64,000 nucleotides of DNA from Azolla caroliniana (GCA_043228905.1 JBHGNT010000013.1:17422001-17486000), one strand, 5' to 3'. Shown: positions 26,854 through 40,722, counted from the stretch's first letter. The notes: generated by a model not told the origin, from the letters alone. Numbers and translations are program-made.

Positions 26854-28233
26854 ACTTTCAAAGATTGACCCTCATCTTCTAGTCATAGCTCAAACCTTAA
26901 TTCTCCATCTAGTGTGGACTTTAAATCTCCCTCCATCTTAAACATTTGAGGTAAAATTCATGTAGATGAGCATGGTTCGGTTTAGTTGTATTTAAAAAAA
27001 AAAAAAAACATAAACTACACCATAGTTTCCATTACCAATGCAATAAGCAAATACAAACCTATAATGATACATTTTAGTGGCGGGTAAGTTATCCCCCATT
27101 ATGCCATAATTGAAACCAACCTCCACCTATGGAGGGAACAACCATCGCGGGGACCGTACATATTGCCATTCCATTTTGTCATTTCTCTCCACAAAAACTA
27201 ACAAATCCTTCCATTTGCCTTTAAAGGATTGTTGTTTCAGAAAAATCATATCTTCATTACCCGTGAAGGAGTCATATTGACCTTTTAGAATTGAGATAAG
27301 CATCAACCAAATTTTCTTCACACAATGAACAAGATTTTGCTTTATTTGTTGAAACACATTTTGGCATCGACCTATCCAAATATTCCATAGAACCACCGAC
27401 GATGTCGTAGCCCATACTGTGTCATCCACATTCAACCGATTTGAGCTTGAGTATGGTATATCCTTAACTTGCCTTCCCCTAGTTTGAAGGGTAAACAATA
27501 TCTTTTCCCTTTCATAATTATGTTTATCCACATTTACGTCTATCCAAAAGACATTTCCCCATGTAATCACATTAGGTCCATATGCAACATCAATGAGACG
27601 CAACATACGTTTCCAAACAAAACATGCAACCATACAGTTCCATAAGGCATGTTGCATTGATTCCAAGTAAAGCCCACAAAAAGAGCAAGTTTTGGTTCCC
27701 TCTTCCCTATGCATCCATTCCAGACTGGAAGTGCATAATGTACACACAACCATCTAAATGTAATGATTTTGCAAGGAATTTGTAAAGCCCACAACCATTT
27801 CCAAAATGCCAATATTGAATGCATAGGGCATATTATTATTTAACCATACCTTAGCTGCAACTGGCATAACTAGACTCCTCCTTTGTTGAAATTCCCTACC
27901 TAATTTTACAGAGTAGTCAAAGAAAGAAACCATCTAACCATTAACATCTCTCCACCACCATTCCGTTGGATCCCACTGTTATTCGTGGGCTAAAATTGTA
28001 AAATATGAGAATCGCAATAGGAATTAGGTAGCAATAGGTAAACAACCGAAAGCAATTCGAAGCAGCCAAAATAAACACAGCCGAAAACGTGGAAGGAGAA
28101 GGAGCGCGCCGAGGAACATCTATATAAGGAGCAACAGATCGAAGGAAGAGAGAGACATATAGGAGAGAAGTCTATGGGTAGTACGTAATTAATCCTACTA
28201 CAGTGTATCTGATACATTCCGGCAAATAGCCGT

Positions 28234-28713
28234 TGTCATGAAGATTTTCGGCAACGGTGTGAAAATCGTGTGGAACAAACAAAATCGAGAAAGTGTATTG
28301 TGCACTAAAAAATTTGTAAATAAAATAAGACTAAAGCCTAGTAACCTTTGAGTCCATACAAAGGGGTGCAAGTAAGGCTTGAACCTTGCACCTCCAAGAT
28401 AAGAGACAAATTAATTTACCACTAAAGACACTACTAAGTGCTTTAGATTTTGTATATTTTCTTTTCGTATTCAATATTCCGTAGGAAGCAAACATATAGA
28501 AACCGTGGGCACAAAACCATGGTTTTAGCCCATGGTTTTGGCCCATGGTTTTAGCCTGTGGTTTTAGCCCATGTTTTCTGCATGGAGAGACCTATAAAAG
28601 CCTATAGTTGGGCTTGTATAAGGGGGCAAGTGATGTAAGTAAAACTTTTAATCAAAGATCTGAGTTATCCTAATGGTGATGTATTTTGTTTCGTAAAACT
28701 AAAGTCAAGGGTT

Positions 28714-28747
<34 letters not shown>

Positions 28748-31701
28748 AACCATCTATCTATTTGCAATACTTTCTCGCTTACGCTGTTAAAACATCTAAT
28801 CCTTCCGGTCTAGGACCCCGGTGGTCCCGCTTCATTTCACGAACACGCGAGGATTTCTTCGACATCTTACTTGGTGAACCCGACGTGAAAGAGGCGGTAG
28901 GGAGGATCTCAAGTACAACGATGGCTTCAACAAGTGGAACTCAAGGAGAGGAATTAACGAAAGGTATGGTGTCCGTAGTGGAATACATGTTGAAGGTGAG
29001 AGATAGAGAAGCTTTAATCGACAAAGCTGTTGATCGTACGATCGAGATAGTTGGACGATTTGGTGGCAAGAACATCACGGATTTCCTTGCTACCTATCGG
29101 AACGAGATGTAGCAGAGGGATGTCAACGATCTCAAACAAATTTCTAGCTTCAAACGTGTGGTGGAACCAGGGATCCACGAGCGTGTCATGGAGATCCAAA
29201 ACGAGCACACAACTTGGGTGGAGTTCGAAAAGGCGCTTCTCGCTGAATACATGCTTGAAGACGTGTCACGGATGACTCGACATACCCTAATGACGTGGAT
29301 CAAGAAGAAAGGGAAGAATATGTGTGCGTCTGGAGTATATGCCGAATTCGACCAGAAGTACAACCGACTTGCGGAAGGTCCTTGAGGAGAAGGTTTTAGA
29401 CAGTCATGTCGACCTTACTTTGAGAGAACTACTTGGGATTGCTAAGGAGTTCCACGATACTATTGTGGACTTGATTAAGCGGAAGAGGCAACAAGCGGAT
29501 GAAGAGGAGGTGAAAACAAGTGACATAACTATGGCAAGATCGGAAGAGGAGAAAGAAGAAGAAGTGATGGCGGACAACCATTACTCTCGGCCTCATTGGG
29601 CAAGAGCGACAACGGAGACACTGGTGAAGATCAGAGAGAAGAAAGAGACCGTGGTAGCTTTGATTGACCATGGTTCGGAGATTAACCTCATGTTGACTGA
29701 GGTCTACAAAAATGACAGATGGTCGCGTCAAGGATTCCTTCACACATGTTCCGGAGACTTGGGCAGTTGCAAAAAGCCAACATGAGACCCAAGAGATGGA
29801 AGGTGGTAGTAAGGGGAGGGACCAAGATAGAGTGCACAACAAAGAGGCCGAGCCAAGCACAAAAAGGGATGACAATGGCCAAGTGGGCCAAGTGGATCCG
29901 AAGGATGTGGTCTCGACATCTTTTGTAGAGGACAATGGATGCGAAGCCTATGTAATGTTTGATGAGGAAGCCCCAAACGACAAGGTCAAGGAGGTGGGAG
30001 CGAACATCACAAGAAGGATAGACAATGACGATAGCCAAATTTTCTCCACACTTGTTCTAGAGACTTGGGCAGTTGCGTCCGAGAACCGATGTAAGACCCA
30101 AGAGACGGGAGGTGATGGCGAAGAACCGAAGGTCGAAGCTAATACATGCGACGAAGAGAGAAGCATAATAAAGGCTTGCTAAATAAAAAGGATCAATGGG
30201 TATGAGGCCCATGAGTTTAAAGAGATAGCTATGGAAAATGACGTCAAGACGGAGATGGTGAATGGCCATGAAGAGCCTTTCCCTGCATTAGTTCTAGAGA
30301 CTTGGGCATTAACCATTGTAAGACCCAAGAGATGGAAGCTGGCGGCGAGGAAGCAAAGGTCAATGCTGATTCGAACAACTTTAAGATGGAAATGGCTAAG
30401 TGCTGCATGAAAAAGGCGGACGATGGAAATGTATGGGTCCCTCCACACTCGTTCTAGAGACTTGGGCATTAACCGATGTAAAACCCAAGAGAAGGATAGT
30501 GACGGGGAAGAAGCAAGGGTTAAAGCTTATGTGTACAATAAAGAGTTTGAGCAAAATATGACAAGGGATGTTGATGGCCAAGTGAGCCATGAGGATCCGA
30601 AGGATGTGATCAAAACATCTATCAAAGACACTACTGTGAAGATTGTCAACAATAACATGAGATTGTACCATGAAAGTGGACAAAGTGAGAAACATAGAGC
30701 ATGGTCGCATAAGGATCTCAAAGTGGGCATGCTCTTGAAGGTACTTCATGGGGTAGTCAATATCATTATTCAGATAAAGGCTTGGGGAGAAAAACACAAA
30801 ACAAAAATGTGTGACGGGTCAAAGTGCCTTAAGCAAGGAGACGATCGGGACAAAGGTGGAACATGCATAAAGCCTAAACGGATATGCTCGAAAGAAGAAC
30901 AAGGGACCATGACAACCGGTCATGGTAAAGCAAAGAATGAGTGAATGATATGGTGAATTCGGTGGCGACAATGGTTCGAGTGAAAGGAATAGACATGCTT
31001 GAAATGGAGGAATTGTAATGATCACCGTAGCCAAAATCTCGCACTCTCTCTTCTTGGCACGTACCAGAGGACGTGCGGTTTGGTGGGAGTGGATGTCGTG
31101 AAGATTTTTGGCAACGGTGTGAAAATCGTGTGGAACAAACAAAATCGAGAAAGTGTAATGTGCACTAAAAAATTTGTAAATAAAATAAGACTAAAGCCTA
31201 GTAACCTTTGAGTCCATACAAAGGGGTGCAAGTAAGGCTTGAACCTTGCACCTCCAAGATAAGAGACGAATTAATTTACCACTGAAGCCACTACTAAGTG
31301 CTTTAGATTTTGTATATTTTCTTTTCGTATTCAATATTCCGTAGGAAGCAAACATATAGAAACTGTGGGCACAAAACCATGGTTTTAGCCCATGATTTTA
31401 GCCCGTGGTTTTAGCCCATGTTTTCTGCATGGAGAGACCTATAAAAGCCTATAGTTGGGCTTGTATAAGGGGGCAAGTGATGTAAGTAAAACTTTTAATT
31501 AAAGATCTGAGTTATCCTGATGGTGATTTATCTTGTCTCGTAAAACTAAAGTCAAGGGTTCAATCTCTCTCTCTCTCTCTCTTCAACCATCTATCTATTT
31601 GCAATACTTTCTCCCTTACGCTGTTAAAACATCTAATCCTTCCAGTCTAGGACCCTGGTGGTCCCGCTTCATTTCGCGAACACGCGAGGATTTCCTCGAC
31701 A
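28234..31701 (+). mobile_element. Non-autonomous Ty3/gypsy LTR retrotransposon (non-chromovirus, Phygy/Selgy-like); gag and protease remnants, no RT or integrase
   Basis: LTRs 28234-28864 and 31094-31701 are near-identical with TG..CA ends. 4-bp TSD CCGT. PBS at 28872-28889 and PPT TGGTGGGAGTGGA. gag-like GRFGGKNITDFL..W.EFEKALLAEY; protease ALIDHGSEINLM. Confidence 0.93.
28872..28889 (+). promoter_or_regulatory. Primer binding site complementary to the tRNA-Trp 3' end
   Basis: TGGTGAACCCGACGTGAA is the reverse complement of ...TTCACGTCGGGTTCACCA, the recalled plant cytosolic tRNA-Trp 3' end. It starts 7 nt after the 5' LTR. Confidence 0.85.
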
Positions 31702-32859
31702 CCGTGTAACTGTAATCACTACTCATTTTCGTAATCTAAACAATGTTGGGTCTATTTTGTGTCATTGTTCGCTTTCAATAATTGTTAAGTAACCTATCTC
31801 TCCATATCGTGTATGCATAACCCGAGATATCCTCTTACGTAATCTGTAGGGTGTCATCTCGTTTCGTAAAAGGAATCTGACCACCGCATACAGTCCCTTG
31901 TCCAATTTTAGTTAGGAATCGAAGGTGTCGCCTCTGGAGAGGAAGGCAACACCCACTCCACTCTATCACAAACCCAAATATCCCAAGAAGGGTTTACTTT
32001 TTCAAGATGGGGATCAATAATACATACCTTCCCTGTTTTTGCAACCACCCTAATAGGTTTCCACTCCACTAAATTGAGAAGGTCATCCTCCATAGAGACC
32101 CATTGCAATTTTCCTTCTGAAACTATTATAAATGCTAAGAAGGATTCATTAGATGTATAAGCTCTTACTCCAATCAAGACATTAAAAGAAGAGAATGCCC
32201 CGTACCATACATGGTTTGCATCAAAAGAAGAGAGCAAAATCCTATTACAAGCGTAACTTATTCGCTTTAGTTGTAATTAATAAGAATACTTTGTCTTTAA
32301 TGATTTCTTCTGTTGATTTACATTTCATTAAATGATTAATTAAATTGGGTCACATAGATTTAGTCTTTTGTTATTACATCCATTATTACTTAATAAAGCA
32401 TACGAGCAAGATTGGATAACCAATTCTTCAAGTGACCTGGTTTAGTCCGTTCATGAATTCGAGATTGGTTTCATCGTTCTTTGTGACATTAATTAGTTGT
32501 CTTGTAAGATGGAGAAAGATACTTTAATATAAGCTTTTTGAAGAGCTAAAAGTATTAAAGCAAGAATGGAAGGACGATGTAGGTGGAGGAAGAATCTCCT
32601 TTCCATCACACACACACACCCTATATGTAACCCATGTCTATATAAATCATAGTTTAAACCCTCCCATAAGGGAGAACTTCCTAGAGGATTTTTTAAGAAT
32701 ATTTATTAGCAAGCCTTCTTTATATGTAATCTCTATCAACTCCTTCCCCTATTTACTCTAATTCAAAGTTTTTTGACATTTTATGATTTATTTATTGATA
32801 ATTAATTAAATATATTGTGAATAATTAAGTACTAAGTTGAGTGTGTGAAATGTGATTAA

Positions 32860-34330
32860 GTCGCTATACCAAGTTGTTCTTGGTTTCATATCTTACTCTC
32901 CTTGGACCTATTTCCCAACCCACATATCCAAGTTCCAAAGCAACCAAAAGATGGCAAACCTTCTATTGCAACAACTTCACGATCAACCCGCTTTCCTAAG
33001 TAATTGAGTTGGCGAAGTGTTTACGGATAGTCAACCATGAGAACACACATTAACAAGTGTAGCCTAAGGTTTTATGACCAATAAAAAATAGTCACCTACG
33101 ACCAATTTGTTCACCACACTCCAGAAATAACAAACTCAACATCTAGATTCTTCTCACGAGTTGAATGTCATGGTTTTTCTTGTCCCTTTCATTAGTTTTT
33201 CTTCATGCCAAGTGTCCTCATGATAGGTTTGGTGATAGGCTCACCACAAATTGACAAATTGATCTTACCAATTGATTGAACATGCTCTAACAACTATCTT
33301 CATATTTTGATAACGTATTAGCCTTGCCATTGTTAAGTCGGGCTATGGTCACGTTGTTCTATGAAGTGTTATGGTTGATGTTTGATGGCACCTCTAGGTC
33401 ACTAATCCGGTTTTCAATCACCACAGATATGATCCACTTCAATGTTCACTATGATGCTTATTCATCAAAACATGATGTCACATGTCGCAACAACTTTTGC
33501 AGGTAGCTAAAGGGTTATCACACTTATATGTATTCCTTTTTTGTTGAAGTGAATAGACTATATGGATACAAATTTCAACTTGTGATCAAGCTTGGTCTAT
33601 ACTTCCTACAAGTCATGCACATATGAATTGCAAACAAACACTTTGCATCATAAGAGGTTCATCTTCCTTCCTTAGAAGTGATTGTGGGGGAACCAATAGG
33701 TGTGTACCATTGCAATCAATCACGGATCCATGATGTAGACTACAATGGCCAACACTTCTACCCTATATGAGTATGGCATTTTTGTTTTGATTGTCCATGG
33801 CATGGTTCACTTCTCTGACGTGACAATATTTTGCTGCACTACGCTGTATTGTTGTAATGTTTATTGACAAGTAACTTATTCACGTATTTCTATCCATTTG
33901 AGCATTTGATGGTTTCGTCATAGAAGTATTCCACATCAGCGTTCGAGAAAGGATATTAAAGTTGGTCTTCTTAATAATTAGACTTTTCAATGTCCATGGA
34001 GCAAATACATCACTCTTTGCACTTCTCACGGTGACCCATGTATACTGAGAGCGGTCATCAATTAAGGTAGTGTAGTACCTACATCTACCAACTGTTGCGG
34101 CTAGTGCAATTTCCCAGAATCCCATCCATTAAAATGGATGATTACTAGCAGTGTTCTAGTCATACATTACACCTTTTGAAAATATATATCATCATGTTTC
34201 CCAAATAGTCATTTCTTTGTACATGTTGATCATTCCACTTCCCTTTAATTGTGTGAGATGATTCATATTGAGATATCAAGCTCAACTAGGCTTAGTCATT
34301 TAGTCAACCATGTAACTTAGAAGTCACATA
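32860..34330 (-). mobile_element. Strongly decayed Ty1/copia internal fragment
   Basis: ORF 33880-34125 (GRCRYYTTLIDDRSQYTWVTVRSAKSDVF) is the copia integrase core start. Boundaries are approximate. Confidence 0.65.
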
Positions 34331-35695
34331 AATAGAATCTAGTTAGTGTGTTGACTATAAAGTCTTAAGTAGGATTTTATACTTGTACTTAAGGTGGGAT
34401 ACATTATATATCCCCCACTACCAAGTTCATTTATTATAGGACTTACACCCTTATACCTATATTCTGTTCTTACATGTGCACCCATTGCACATGAGATGTA
34501 TATATACCTCATTGCGGGTATATTTTGTATTGGGATGCTTATTAATAGAGAGAACATTCTTCAAGATACACTCTTGTTAATTGTCCCCCATTTGTTTTAT
34601 TGTTCATAAGTGTATGTCCTTTCTATCTCTCATTTAACTTCCTTACTCTCAAACACACATATACACACATATCATAGTCTTCCGTTGCTTAACCACATAC
34701 GTGATTAACTAGTCACATAATTAGATACTAATTAACCCTTAGTTAAATACCTAATTATTAACAATTGAAAACTCCTCATGTTTTCCCTATCTATAACGTT
34801 TGCAAGTTCACATTTGTCTTTGTCCTTTGGTAAACATCATGGATTTTTATATTTTGCAATTAAGAATAAAGATTCACCCTTCTCTTCTTCTATTATGAAG
34901 TAGTGGGCCCTTGTCCTTGAGGTATTCAATGAAAGATATTGAGTCGAATTTGTATCCCTTACTCCACTAATTTTCCGGTTGACACCAAGTTCTTTGTAAT
35001 CATGGGAACATGCAAGATGTTCTTTGAGCATCTCCAATGTGTAACATTGTTTCCAAATGGAACATCTTTGATGTCATCACCCACTTCTATGTAGTTAGTA
35101 GCTCAAATGTTTGCAAATAGAAAGACCATTCAAGTGACTTTTTGCTCAAATTCTCATATAGCTCCAATAATTCTTGCTAACATAAAGTTTGCCTTGTGAT
35201 TCATCGTAATTATTTTGCCATACCTGTCATAGTTAAAGTTGGTGGCATGGTGGGTTGAGTTGATGATACTTGGTGGAATCACACATTCTGCTGTTGCGAT
35301 CTGACTTTGTCTCGGGCTTATCACAATATCAACATTTTGGTTTGTTTTGGTAGTTTTCTCTTCCATTGAAAATCCTTAGTCTAATATTTCATCTTTTGCT
35401 TCTACTTTTATTGAAACCACATGCAAAAGTGGAGAAATTAAGTGTTTGGCCCTCAAGAAATACATTTTTGGGGCATTGGTGCTTCTTTATAGGGTGGAAG
35501 CTAAATAGGGCAGTAGAATCCCAATTCCATTTGGAAAGAGTGTGATGAGTGAAGAAACAAACATTGCACACCCTCCTAATTCTTGAGACACGATCACTTC
35601 TTGTTAGGGATAGTACTAGAGACAAGGAGAATTAGTATTAAAGATAGAGGAGAAGAATGAGGATTAGTACTAAGAAGGGAAAGCGTGTGTGAGAA

Positions 35696-35699
<4 letters not shown>

Positions 35700-35756
<57 letters not shown>
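35700..35756. repeat. (GA)n microsatellite at the 5' junction of a LINE
   Basis: Pure GA run immediately before LINE homology. Confidence 0.98.
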
Positions 35757-35758
<2 letters not shown>

Positions 35759-38700
35759 TATTATGGATGGACCAGAGGCTCAAGAATGGGGAGATTTTGA
35801 GACTGAAGTCATGTTAAGGGATATACGGAAATGGATCAAGGGAGATGAACCTGGTTATACCTTTCAATCGGCTCAATATAAGGTTACTTGGAGTAGGTTG
35901 GATCGAATGTATGTAATGCATACCGAAGGTTTTTTACCAGAGATTTTGGATATTTCAGTGTCTTATGGGTCAATTATATCAAATCATTTCCCATTAATTT
36001 TTGAGTTCAATCACTCAATTAGAGGTTCTCATGAATTTTTAGGAAAACCACCGTTGATTTTTAATTCATCATTTTTGGATCATGAGGTCTTCCATGCCTA
36101 TATGTGTCAATTGATTGATGCATTTGCTTATCGTGTTCAATTTGATGGGTATGAAGTGTGGGAAGTATTTTTTGCAAATGTTCAGAGGTTAACTAGATAT
36201 TATGGAATTCACCATGCTTTTAAAAGGAGAAAGAAATTAAGTCTCCTAGTTAATTTGCTTGATAAATGCAACTCATTGTTAACTTATTGGCCAACGGATG
36301 TAGATTTAATGGGATATCAAGAGGTATTAATTTCTGCGATGCATGACCTAACGGCAAAAAATTATCAACATGCTAGACTACATCGTCTAAGACAAGAAGT
36401 GGATGATGCTAATTGTCAATCACATAAGTTTTTCCATGACCTTCATGAATCACATGCACGACATAATGTGGTAAGGTTAGAGGAAAATGGTATCATGTGT
36501 TCCGATCCTCAAGAAATTGTGAAAAAATGCATAGAATATTATACACAATTGTTGGATGTACAAGTGTGTATCGATGATAATTTTAAAAAGGATAGAGATG
36601 TATTTTTTAATGGAGTGAAAAATCATGTATCGTATGATGTGGCACAATCATTAGATGCTAATATTTCAGAGGATGAGGTGGAACATGTCGTGTCACATCT
36701 TGCTAATGATAAGAGTCCTGGGTGGGATGGATTAACACATGAACTCTTTAAGAAATATGTGATTAAGTTAAAGGGGCCTTTTACGATTTTATTTCAAAAG
36801 GTGTGGACATCAGGGGAAATGCCTCATTCTTGGAAGATTGGTTTGATCAAGCTTTTGCCGAAGGTGCCTTCTCCATCTTCCTTTGCTCAATGGAGGCCTA
36901 TTTCATTGATGGGGGGAATGTACAAGATTTTTGCAAAAGTGATGGCCAATAGGTTGCATAAGGTTTTACCTTCTATTATTCATAATGCTCAATATGGGTT
37001 TTTAGCAAAAAGAGACATTTTACATAATATTTTAAATGTTCAAATGGCAATTGACTATGCAAAGGAGTCTAAACAAGAATTAGTGTTGCTACAATTGGAT
37101 ATCGAGAAAGCCTATGATAATGTGGATTGGTCATTTATAAATCAATTGATGTCTCATATGGGTTTTGGTGATCGTATGTCTAAGTTGATATACACATTAG
37201 GGGAGGGTTCGGTTTCACATGTGATGTTTAATGGAGGAGTAACCCAATCGATTTCTATTCGGAGGTCAGTTAGACAAGGATGCCCGGTAAGTCCTTTACT
37301 ATTCACTATTGTGACACATCCTATTCTTGTTAAGTTACACAATATGGCTATGGGGGAAGAATTGCTTGGACTAAGGTTGCCATCAGGGAAGCCATTTATT
37401 GTTCAAGCTCTCGCAGATGACCATATTATGTTTTTGGCACCTAATCGGGAAAATATTAGTAAGACAAGAGATGTGTGGGAATTGTTTTCAAATGCTTCGG
37501 GGTTGAGAATTAATATACATAAATCTGTCCTCATTTCATGTACAGAACAAGATGTGTTAGGGTTGGGGTGGTCAGGAAGGATAGTACATCGTGGTATGAT
37601 TTGTCGTCATCTTGGATATCCAATTGGGGTGGAAGTTTCTCATGTGAAACTTATTGAGTGGGTATCCAAAAGGTTGGAGGATAAGTTTATGTATTGGAGG
37701 TCTCAATTTTGGCCTTTTCATGTACGACTTAAGGTGGTCCAATCGATTATGGTCTCTATGGTATCTTATTATCTTCCTTTGCTCCCATGGTCAAAGAAAG
37801 CTCTTGAAATGTTGTCACGCTCGATGCGAATGTTGTTATGGAAAAGAAAAGGGAAAAGTGCATTGTCATGGTTGGCATGAGATCATGTTTGTACTCCGAA
37901 GCGTCTTGGTGGGGCATCAATATTGAATCTATATGAGCATATGGTGGCTCGTCGATTTACTTTCATTCGATTCATGTTTGAAGGTGTACAACCTTGGATA
38001 GAAATGGTGGCATACTTTATAGAGAAGAACGGAATAAAGCTTGGAAACATGAAGGTTGAAGCGAATTGGTGGAATGTAATTAATTCTGACAGGGATGTCA
38101 AATGTACAGGGTCTATGATAGTTAATCATTTGTTGACATCTTGGCAAAGTATGTTGGATTTTGTGGAATGGCATCCCCCACAAGAAAGGGGATGTGCCAA
38201 TTCATTACAAATGGAGGTTTTGGCAACATCAAGGTTGTTGAGGTGGGAAGGTAAACAAATTCTTAACCTTCAATTTAACATCAAGATTGGGTTTGGTAAG
38301 AGTTAAGGATGCTATGTTGGTTTCACAAAGAAGATTAATGGTTTTTCGAACAATAAGATCAACATTTCGTATTCCAAAAGGTTATAACTTTATTTGGGAT
38401 AAGTTGCAACAAATACTATCTTCGCATGAGCCAATTCCTGATTTAGATGGGTGATCTCAAGAGCTTGATTGGAGGTTTGTTGGAAATAAGAGATTGACTA
38501 TGATCTCAACGAATGTTGCTTATCACAAGTTGATTGACAAACATAAGTGGTTGGAAGAAAGGGTTATAAAGATATGGGGTTTTTATAAGCCCATTACTTG
38601 GTGGTTTCATGTGATCAAGGCAGGTTGGTGTTCTCGATTGATGCTACGAGCCAAGGTATTTATTTGGAGAGTTATGGTTGGAGCTTTACCATTAGGGGAT

Positions 38701-39262
38701 GCATTAAAAAGAAGAAACATTACTAAAGGATTGTGTTTCTTTTGTTCAGTGGAATTGGAACATAGTAGGCATCAATTTATTTCATGCCCGATGGCAAGGA
38801 TGGTTTGGAGGTGTATCAGTTTAGTGTGGATGTCTCTAACAGGAGTAAGTCTATCTTCCTTCAATTGGGTTTTTGCACATATGGAGAACAATGAACCGAT
38901 GCCTCATTTTCAAATTATTTTTGAGTTCTTGAGGTATTGGGGGCTATGGTTCAATTGGAATATGCAGAATGCCTTTATTTTTGATTTGCAAGTTGGGGTG
39001 AGAAAATATGTTTTTAAGTTAAAAGGACTTCTTTTGTGGCAATTGACAGTGCTAGAGAAGTCACAAAATCTCAACCAAGAAGAGAGAGAACTCTGCAAGG
39101 TCACATATCATCATATTCGCCATTTGAATTGGTGTGTAGGGTGGCATTGAGTTTGGTGTCATAGTTTTCTTTAGATCCCTAGATAGAAGGGGTTCTATAG
39201 TTTGTTGTAAGTTAGTCATGGTGGTGTTTTTTCTTTCGTAATGAAAGCCATTATTTACGAAA
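35757..39262 (+). mobile_element. 5'-truncated LINE (family B): C-terminal endonuclease, RT and zf-RVT; pseudogenised
   Basis: YTFQ..WSRLDRMY..SNHFP (APE end), KSPGWDG, WRPISL, LDIEKAYD, RQGCPVSPLLF, LADD, HLGYP and CFFCSVELEHSRHQFISC. Stop at 37878, frameshift at about 38280. Ends in (AG)n at 39263-39281. Confidence 0.95.
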
Positions 39263-39281
39263 AGAGAGAGAGAGAGAGAGA

Positions 39282-40722
39282 CAAAGAAGGCGTTGAATTC
39301 TGTTTTGCAACCTCTTCGATATTTGTTGTGGAAGAAGAGGGATAAGATGGGAATCACATGGATTGCTTGGAATCATCTAGCAACCCCTAAGCGATTGGGG
39401 GGGGGTTGGAATATTGAACTTATCTATGCATATGATGGCTCGTAGATTTTCATTATTACAAGACATGTGTTCAAACTCACAACCATGGATATCTATTGTT
39501 TGATATTTCATTGAGAACAAGGGTTTAACACATGGGAGGACAACGATTAAGGCTTCATGGTGGCAATTACTGAATGGATGTATTTCACTTAGGATTCCGG
39601 GTTCTTCTTGTGTTCAACACTTAGTTACCTCATGGCAAGAAGCACTCTTGTTATGTGTATGGAAACCATCATCTAGTAGAGAGCATTGTAACTCTTTGCA
39701 AAAAGAGTTACTTGTGTCTTCTCGGTTATTATGTTGGCCAGGAAAGGAGAGATTGCGTTCTCAATTTAATCGTTTGTTTCGTTTGGGGGTCAAAGAGGTG
39801 GGAGATATAGTTGAGGTTCCATCTCAAAGAATTTTGGAGTTTACCGAAGCACGACAATTATTACGCATCCCGCCTAATTATGGGTTTATTTGGCAACAAC
39901 TACAGAATATTGCATTGATGCAAGGTCCCTTACCTCTACAAATAGGAGAACAACCGTGGATTGATTGGAGTTTAAGGGGTTAAACACCATTGTTACAAGT
40001 GACTACTAGTCTTTTGTATCATTGTTCCGTTGAGTCTCTTGGATGGTTATCATCTAAGGCTGAAGAAGAATGGAAAATACACAAATCCGATCATGGGTGG
40101 TGGTAGATCTTACAAAGTAGTTGGCATTCTAAATTGCCACTTGTTGCAAAGGTATTCATTTGGAGAGTTTTGATCGGAGGATTGCCTTTGGGATTAGCTT
40201 TAAAGCGTCGTGGACTAGCAACGGGTACCTGCTTCTTTTGCACAGTTCAGATAGAAGATAGTACTCATCAATTTATACAATGTCCAATTGCTTGTCAAAT
40301 TTGGAGTTACATTTCTCAAAGTTGGCAAGTTTTATCACGGAGTTATTTGACACCTAGACAATGGGTGTTTGCACAATTTACACAGGCTGACCCAGAATCA
40401 GAGATGGAGATTGTTTTCCTATTTCTGAGATATTGGGGATTGCGTCATAATTGGAACATGCGCAACACTTTTGTATTCGATTGTAGACATGGAGTGAAAG
40501 CATATCTACGAAAGTTGAAGGGAGTACTAATGTGACAATTTTCTTTATTGGAACAAGTGGAAATTCTTTCCTCGGTGGAATGTTCGTCTTGCCCATTGGC
40601 AATTCAACATGTTCCACTACCCATGTAGTGTAGTGTGGTTAGTGTGTGACCATACTCCATTGTCACATGTATTGTAAGTAGTGTTTTTCACACATATTTA
40701 TTAATATAATTGTGTGTTTTCA

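Larger units (their letters stand above)
27977..31951. mobile_element. Solo LTR (about 500 bp; halves 27977-28233 and 31706-31951) interrupted by the gypsy element
   Basis: TGTT...AACA termini. 5-bp TSD CCCAC at 27972-27976 and 31952-31956. TATA-like CTATATAAG at about 28120. Confidence 0.85.
26995..32240 (-). mobile_element. LINE (family A) 3' fragment, split by a nested solo LTR and gypsy element; LINE parts are about 26995-27976 and 31952-32240
   Basis: zf-RVT ORF 27127-27753 (CSFCGLYLESMQHALWNC...PRWLFPP). Removing 27977-31956 restores ...WDIWVCDRVE-WDPTEWWWR, which matches LWIVDN..DWDPLEVW of the copy at 1-300. Confidence 0.88.

Noticed and set aside
34830-35630. Short minus-strand ORFs as gene exons
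   Set aside because: No recognisable domain and no consistent splice structure.
35685-35760. ER-repeat N-terminus of the 731-aa ORF
   Set aside because: This is translation of the (GA)n microsatellite; LINE homology starts at 35757.
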